NCBI GenBank assembly: GCA_951406725.2
Contig: OX597820.1
Location: 124,310,001 to 124,374,000 of the forward strand
Direction of reading: 5' to 3'
DNA from: Octopus vulgaris
Lineage: Eukaryota
DNA length: 64,000 nucleotides
The translations under genes and the position numbers were made by a program. The notes under the pieces are model-generated. The model worked only from the letters and a program-made list of their open reading frames with translations. It made no database searches and was not told the origin of the DNA. Of this stretch, positions 56,297-64,000 are shown piece after piece. Position 1 is the first letter of the stretch. Every line of letters begins with the position of its first letter.

Positions 56297-56382
<86 letters not shown>

Positions 56383-56392
56383 GGATAGTCCG

Positions 56393-56423
<31 letters not shown>

Positions 56424-56427
56424 ACGA

Positions 56428-56476
<49 letters not shown>

Positions 56477-56532
56477 GTATATATATATATCTATCTATAT
56501 ATATATATATGTGTATGTATGCATATATATGC

Positions 56533-56582
<50 letters not shown>

Positions 56583-59500
56583 GTATGTACAGTACACACG
56601 CATTCACATGCGCACTCAAACACGTAACTTACATATATAATAACCCAATGATCACAACCGAGAAAACACCGAGCTTAACGAGTATCCATTTTCACTATCT
56701 GAAAATATGGCAGCGAAAACATGTTTACCGAAACTGAAATAGCTTTCAGTAACTTAATGCCGCTATCATACGCCAACCAAACCATATTAATGTTACTTTA
56801 TTAGTTAGTTTCCCTTCAGAAATCTGTTATATATGTTGACATATGTAAATCTATGTTAAACCATAGTAACGAAATTATTTCTATTTATCTGTTTGTACCT
56901 AATATCAAATAAGTACGTAATAGGGAAATATTTTAACAATTTATGAGAGAACTTTAAACACGAATCAAATTATATAATATAAGCAAACATATGCATTAGG
57001 TTTTCGAGCTGATATTATCTATCATACTGTTTCAGTGAATTACTAAAATGTATTATGTTTGGGTTTTAGTGAAAATTTTCCACATCTAAATGCTTGTTCA
57101 AGACATATTTACACGTTATATAGACGTTTAGTAACGTATACTCGCTCCTAAGTACTCATTGACTTAATATCTATCAAGCGTGTAATTTTCTATTAGTTTA
57201 TGTCCACTTATATCCAAAGATCGATTTTCATTCTAGGCGCTCACTAATTACCTAATACTTTCTTTTCATCTCAAGTGACTACTTATTCTTAGTGTTAACA
57301 TACTTTATATAGCTTATAACAATAATGTAATTATTACTTATTATTGTGAGAACAAAAGAAAACAATAATTACACGGCTGATCATACCTAAGCATTTCGAT
57401 AAGTACAGGACACCAATCCAGATTATGCTTTTGTCATATTACATATTGGCGGTGTAACATTTCCTTCAGGGTTGTTTCAGAATTAGTGATGAAGGAATAA
57501 CTATATGGTTAGATAATGTATTCTATATGGATATATATATATGCAAAATTAACATATTGCATACAAACTAATGAATTATGTTAATTATGCTAATTAGTTA
57601 CAGAACTCGTGAAACATAAACAGACAAATGATAGTAATGTTCGTATTAAAACACTTTACATACTGAGTATCACAACTAAAGTTAGAAACTATAATGATAT
57701 CCAAAACCACAACATTATCTCAATTGTTCATGCTGTTTGTATCATTTCGGAAAATACTCAAGACAACTCCTGATATTGTCTATCAATCTGATGTTAAATA
57801 AAATAAGTTTTAAGAATTACTATTGTGCATTGTAATAGAAAACAGGAAGCTTTTTAAAGGTATTTTATTATCTATAGACACGTTTGTATGTTCTGTTTTT
57901 TTTTTTCCTATTTGTAGAAAATGTAAAATCGGTCAGTCAGTCGTATACTGTATCAAATGTAGTGAAATATATGAAGATGCATACACTTTATTCATACATC
58001 AAGGATATAACATCAGTCATTAATAGTCGATCAGTTTACATCTATATGCTTGTGAAAATGTATCGCCCACGGTAAAAATTAAGTTGCTACAACTGTGCTA
58101 CTTGCAATAAACAAATTTCAAATGCTCTAGTCATACCTGTATATTCTTTATGCGCAGGTTCTGAACTGTAACATCCAATGACTTGTGACGAAATTGTTGC
58201 ATGTACAGAATATCATTCGTCTGTGTAACTAAGACAATTAATATGAAATTTTAACTTAATTTCAGTGAGGATTTTGGAGGGGACAGTGTTTTAGATTCAC
58301 TCCTTTCTAAAAAAGATTTTTCACGATGTTAAGATGTTCATCCAGGTAACATAATCAAAGATTATCTTATATATATTTTAATCGTATGCAGAAAAATGAA
58401 TGAGTTTTTAGGGAAGGTCAGCTTCAGTTCTTTCCTTAAATTCTAAATTCATTAAGACGTATTTCTCCGAGTGAAAGTCGACATCCTACTCTTTAGTGTC
58501 ATTTCTTTACTTAAATTTACTACCCCTTTGGATTGATTCCTGGATGAGTCCTGATTTAATTATGATTATATTGTACAAGGAAGTAATATAATATCGCTGT
58601 CGATTTTCCTAAGGTGTGCAAATTGTGGACGTTTGTATACATGTAAATCAACCATCTCTCTATTCGACGAGAGCTATATGCTTAATAAAACATTTTTTTA
58701 TGACATACCTGGAAACCCTAGCTGTTAATACACTTTATAACTTATGTGCCACTATATTTTATTAATTAAAAGCTGGAACATGATTATAGGTGTGATATGT
58801 GTATTTTTCAGCATTCACTGGACAATATTCATCCAGAGCCACAAAAAGAAAGACAACTTTATCTGGTCCTTTTATCTAAGATCTTTGATGATTTGAAAAT
58901 TCAACTCCTTTATAGAATGACATTTGGTTGGGGGAAAATAACTTTTGTTAAAGAAAAAATGCTATTTTGTTCAAAGGAGCACAGCAATATCTAGGCCATT
59001 CTGCTGAGAATAGTTTCGTTGATATAAATTTGCTGAACATCAATTTAAGATCTATTGTAAATATGTTTGCAAAATTTTTTAGAACAATTAATTTGCTCTT
59101 GTGGAAAGACAATAAATGTTAAATATTGGCAATGTATATATTGATACCAAAAGAGATAAATTGACAAATGTAACTTACAGATGGGAGGACATACTATTGG
59201 ATGGGTATACAGCATGTAACTGCTGTCATATTTTGTAATAAGTTTTGATACTCTAGCAATATCCTTATAGATTGTAGCCTGGAGTTTGTTTCTAACAAAA
59301 TTAATAAGTACTATAAATGTACTAAAAGCTACACTTAGCACAATTGTTTCGATTCGCGATGTGGTCAATTATCTACGAAATATATATTGTATCGAATATA
59401 TATTGTATAGTAATAATTTATATTTATATTAAGAAATAAATATTCTCTTTGCTACGTGGAATCTAATGTGGTAATAACTCTGTACTCTGGAATAAGGTGT

Positions 59501-59629
59501 AAAATGACAAACGGATACAGAGAAGATGACCGCAGAGTACTTCGGAAATGGAACCGGGGTAAATTGATCGAAACCTTCTAGTTACACATATATCATCTCA
59601 ATGAATTAGATATTTATGATTAATGTATA

Positions 59630-59678
<49 letters not shown>

Positions 59679-59733
59679 ATATACCAAAATTATGTAATGT
59701 GTGTGTGTGTGTGTAGCGAGGAACAACAACTGC

Positions 59734-59784
<51 letters not shown>

Positions 59785-59797
59785 TAAAAGTATATAT

Positions 59798-60092
59798 AAA
59801 ACTACAGAAGGTTTGTTTTAAAAGGTTAAAAAATATATATTTGAGTCAATATGTCTGAAGAATATTATAAATTTTTTTTACAATGACATAGTTTAGAAGA
59901 ATATTGAAGAATTATAAATTTTTCTACAATTCGCGTTCAGCTTTTCAAATGTAATAAATTTGAAAAGCTGAACGCGAAACCGGTCATTTCTTCTAAATTC
60001 TGTCATTGCAAGAAAAAAATTATAATATTCTTCAGACATATTGACTCAAATATATATTTTTTAACATTTTAAAACAAGCCTTCTGTAGTTTT
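59798..60092. repeat. fold-back pair of pLTR-like copies around a central hammerhead
   Basis: About 100-bp arms (59798-59901 and 59988-60092) are reverse complements. An inner 21-bp inverted repeat is ttcgcgttcagcttttcaaat / atttgaaaagctgaacgcgaa. Confidence 0.85.
59956..59989 (+). ncRNA. minimal type I hammerhead, U3-A8 variant
   Basis: AAAT-TTGAAAA-GC(tgaac)GC-GAAA-CCGG-TC-ATTT. Confidence 0.65.
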
Positions 60093-60108
60093 TTCACTTT
60101 TTACTATT

Positions 60109-60145
<37 letters not shown>

Positions 60146-60149
60146 CATA

Positions 60150-60420
60150 CATCTTCCATCTACAGACTTCTTCCATCGGTGTTGCAGTGTTTTGATCCCA
60201 TTGGTGAGGACGTTTTCATTATGTTGCTCCAAAAAGTTATCAACAGCAGATATTGCGTCATCATCACTACGAAACATGTTTTCAGCCAAGTATCTTTTAA
60301 TGTTAGAAAACAGATGATAATCAGATGGAGCCAAATCAGGAGAATAAAGAGTTTTTCTGATCTTTTGTCTTGATAAACTTTCGTACCTGCCTCCGCAATT
60401 TCTCATGGCACTCTTATGTT
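60150..60420 (-). mobile_element. mariner transposase 3' fragment
   Basis: YSPDLAPSDYHLFSNIKRYL...GIKTLQHRWKKSVD. Confidence 0.85.
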
Positions 60421-60489
60421 GATGGTGTGGCTTTTTGAAGATAGTCAATAAACTACGATTTAGATTCCTAACTACTCCCACATTTTGCG

Positions 60490-60803
60490 GTGCAGTTTAA
60501 CCAAAACCGGGTCGTGATTCATATCGAGCCCTTCTGGGTATTAGCGCGCGTCTACGATGAGTCTACGATTTAAAAAAAAAATTACCATAATTTTTTCCAT
60601 TTTAATGCATTTTTTCGCTATTATATAAGGGAAGTAACTCTCTAAAAATGTCTACGATGAGTCAACGATTTAAAAAAATATTACCATAATTTTTTATTCC
60701 ATTTTTAATGCATTTTTTTGCTACTTTTTTGCTATAATTCACTCAATATGCTTATATTGTTATTTCCCTTACAAACCCGAGCAACGCCGGGCGATACTGC
60801 TAG
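60490..60803 (+). mobile_element. non-autonomous Helitron 3' part
   Basis: cccgagcaacgccggg hairpin followed by CTAG|T at 60800-60804. Internal duplication of gtctacgatgagtc..gatttaaaaaa..ttaccataat. Confidence 0.7.
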
Positions 60804-61794
60804 TATTATATAATATTATTTAATATTGAATTGAACGCGACGCATTTATTTCCAAGTAAATTTATACATACATATATAAACCTGTGTGTGAGTGAGTGTG
60901 CGTGTGCATGCATATATGCCTTTGTATAGTTAGTGTGTGTACTGATGTGTGAGTATTATTATTGCAATTTCACATGTACATGAAACATTACATAAATTCA
61001 TTTCAGATATTCTGAGCTGCTATATAATTAAATTCAAATAAAATGAAACGCTAATTTTCTAGAAACCATAAAGTTTTATACATACCACAAATATTTAACT
61101 GCTATGCACGCATATAAAGGCTATATTGGCTCTCTGTTGAACATTTGTGTGTAATCAGTTATATATTCGCAAATACGTCAACGCAAAAACTAAAGACCAT
61201 AGCGAATATTGTAATAGAATGGTAGAATGAGTTTTCATATTTTGATTCCGTTTAATAAAATTGGATCACGTGAACAATCGCCACTCCGCATACTTGTAAT
61301 TTAACAAAAAATGCAATTTCATCACATTTGTTCACTTCCTAATAGTATTCGTTGATTTTGTCGTTTTTAACAACACGGTTAACAGTCTATTAGGGGTCTT
61401 AAATCTGTTTAGAAATTCCACGAGGAAATTCTTTCGCGATTATGTATCTCTGTGGTTGAGAATGAGTATTAAGTTGTGTTGAAGCGAAGTATCGCTACAA
61501 ACCAAGATTAAAAGTGAAGGATTTTTCTCGCGCAAAATACTTTCAGTGAAAGATTAAATTTCGGCGGAAATGCCAAACAAAAGAACCTGAAAAATGAATT
61601 CATAAAATTTTTAAGAAAATGCTTTCCGTTCTCCTGCTCTAATATTTAATTTGAGGAGTGGATTTACACTATGTACTATATTACAAAGCTCACTTGAGAA
61701 ATTGCAGTAAGTCGGCACGCCTCGAGAACAATGTTTGCAGAGGGTTTTGGGATTTATGAATTGTGTACAGTGAATTTAAGAGAAATATAACTGA

Positions 61795-61870
61795 GTGAAA
61801 CTGGATAGTGAAACTGGTTGGTGAAACTGGTTGGTGAAACTGGTTGGTGAAACTGGTATCATAAACTGGC
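61795..61870. repeat. 13-bp tandem repeat (gtgaaactggttg), about 5-6 copies
   Basis: Seen directly in the sequence. Confidence 0.85.
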
Positions 61871-62196
61871 AACCAGCATTGTGAACGCGTAGCAGTCCGC
61901 TTTAGTCGTTGGGATATCGTGACGACAGTAATACTTGACCCTACCGCCCCTTTTCCTTAATTAATTATTTGTAAGTCTGATAGATTTACTTGCATTTTGA
62001 TTTTCTTTATCGACGCATTCGCAATATTCAAAGTAATTAATTTTGAGTACCGTTATTCAAATAGTATTAAAGTAAAAAGAGATGAGGATAAAAGCATGCG
62101 AAGGCATAAACTTGTCTATATATCTATTTCTCTGTCTGTCTGTCAATCTATCTATTTCTGCCTGTTTTCCATATAAATGAATATATAAAAATGTAC

Positions 62197-62229
<33 letters not shown>

Positions 62230-62469
62230 TGTATGTATGTATCGAATAAGTTTTTTGTCAATAATATTTTAAAATAGTAATGCCACAGATTTACATTGGT
62301 AACTGCCTTAAGGTAGGAGTTTATTGTCAACTTCAAGTTTATCAAAATATATTTTATCTAGTATACATTATATCGTACAATACTAGTATAATTTGCTTTA
62401 GGTTTTCGTGAATAGACATAACGATACTTTTCTAATTGAGGCTTAAGGCCACAAATTTTGTGAGAGGGT

Positions 62470-62620
62470 GCCAGTACACAAGTGGTACTTTGTTTATCGA
62501 CCCTAAAGGATGAAGCGCAAAGTCGACCTCAGCGGAATTTGAATTCAGAACGTAAAGACAGACGAGATACAGCTAAACATTTCACCCGGTTTCCTAAACA
62601 TTCTGTCAGCTCTCCGCCTT
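62470..62620 (-). mobile_element. Nin/Deu-like SINE copy
   Basis: ggtacttt..tttatcgaccctaaaggatgaagcgcaaagtcgacctcagcggaatttgaa is the reverse complement of the 25390-25455 domain. Confidence 0.75.
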
Positions 62621-64000
62621 GAATAGACATAATATTTCCGTAATGTATTTAGCAGGAGAACAACGTAGCATTAGTTATTTCTTAAATTTTTTGCATTTTT
62701 GAGAATTTTCGCTTTGATGATATATTTAATTTGTATAAATATTACACTGAGTTAATAAAATAAAAGGAATGAAGCAATTTAGCTACTATCATGTGTGTGT
62801 GTGTGTGTGTGTGTGTTTGTGAGCGTGCACTTTTGAAATATAGGCCACTGAGTGAATCTGGTGCATGAAACAAGGATTGTAGGGTGTTTTGTTTGAGAAA
62901 CTATTGCTGCTCAGTCAAGATGGAAAAGATAGTAAAGTTTATGTTAGCTTAACGACGGCTTTATTATTCTGCCTATATTATTGATTGATTTCAGTATTTA
63001 TCTAAATAATATAAGAGTGAACTGTGTACAAAATTAAGAACACTCCTTTGTTGTAGCTTACCTTAATATATTAGATATAAAGGATTAATATAATAATTTA
63101 ACTGTTTAAATGTGATGTGAAAATATCGGTAGAGCATTAGACATTTCATATTTAGTTACTTTCTTTCATTGTCTGAGCTGGAATCTGCTAAGGTCAAGTT
63201 TGCATTTAATCTTTCCAAGCTGGGAAAATAAGAAACGACATTTAACGGGTATTGATTTAATAGTCTCAGAAATAATCCCCACATTCTTGGAAATATTTCA
63301 ATAAGAAACATCATTATTATCTATATCAAAACTTAATGTTAACGGTCGCATTAATGCTTTTCTATTTTAAAGACAGTTTGACTTGTTTATATATCAATAA
63401 AATGCTAAGAAAATATTCAATGGAGCTCACATATTTTTATATGTCAGTCTGTAATTTATTGCTTTTATGAACTGGAGACGCCGCATAGTTTCAGACGGTT
63501 TTTTAAGAACAATATTTCATAGCGTATACTTTAAAATAACATTTAAATGGATGTTATAGCATCGTTAAAGATATATGGTCACGGGGTTTTACAATAACTA
63601 GGCAAACGCTGGATATTTTACTTTACGCCTCACTGTAAAATTTGAAAGGTACTTATTTATTCAGAGGAGAGATTTCACTTACACAATAGGCAATTAAACG
63701 TTTGAGTTCTTCAGAACTAATCCTCCAGCTGAACAACCGATTTTAATATAATTCAACCATCCACCAATCCTGGCAGCTTATCAATAAGACCTTAACAATG
63801 GAAGTGAAGGGGATCACTTGACAATCATCTGAAGTTAAATATATTTAGTAAAACAACTTCTCTAAATATACTGCTGTAATTCGTCAGATTCCAGCTATCA
63901 TTTTAATCTACTCAATAATATTACGTTCACTAATGCCCTCTTAGGAGTTTCGGTAGATTATATGTTCCTAAAGTAACTCTCAAAATTCTAAATCGCAGAC

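Noticed and set aside
59045-59368. 107-aa ORF with a hydrophobic N-terminus as a host exon
   Set aside because: No recognisable domain or supported splice structure, and it lies in AT-rich sequence where such ORFs arise by chance.

Overview
AT-rich animal genomic DNA packed with microsatellites ((TA)n, (TATG)n, (TCTA)n, (AAT)n, (CA)n). The SINE families look like those I recall from coleoid cephalopods (Octopus-like); this is an inference. I found no convincing host gene exon, and almost all listed ORFs are microsatellite translations. The only long coding region is a near full-length but disabled Penelope-like retroelement (RT plus C-terminal GIY-YIG, Naiad-like; about 7844-12215, minus strand) inserted in (TA)n. 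The rest is TE debris: several decayed Penelope-like elements (PLEs), an RTE-like LINE, Tc1/mariner relics, non-autonomous Helitrons, a nested Ty3/gypsy fragment and tRNA-derived SINEs. The main hidden signal is RNA-level: more than a dozen type I hammerhead-ribozyme (HHR) motifs read by eye. They include (i) a near-identical 493-bp tandem array (54511-55725) with one complete minus-strand hammerhead per full unit, which breaks off at the predicted cleavage site and abuts a second, opposite-strand hammerhead element; (ii) a tRNA-headed SINE-like element with a hammerhead in its tail; and (iii) cores with compensatory G3-C8 or U3-A8 swaps. Together these suggest a retrozyme/PLE-dependent family of self-cleaving, possibly circular, non-coding RNAs. 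All folds were assigned by hand and none is experimentally tested.
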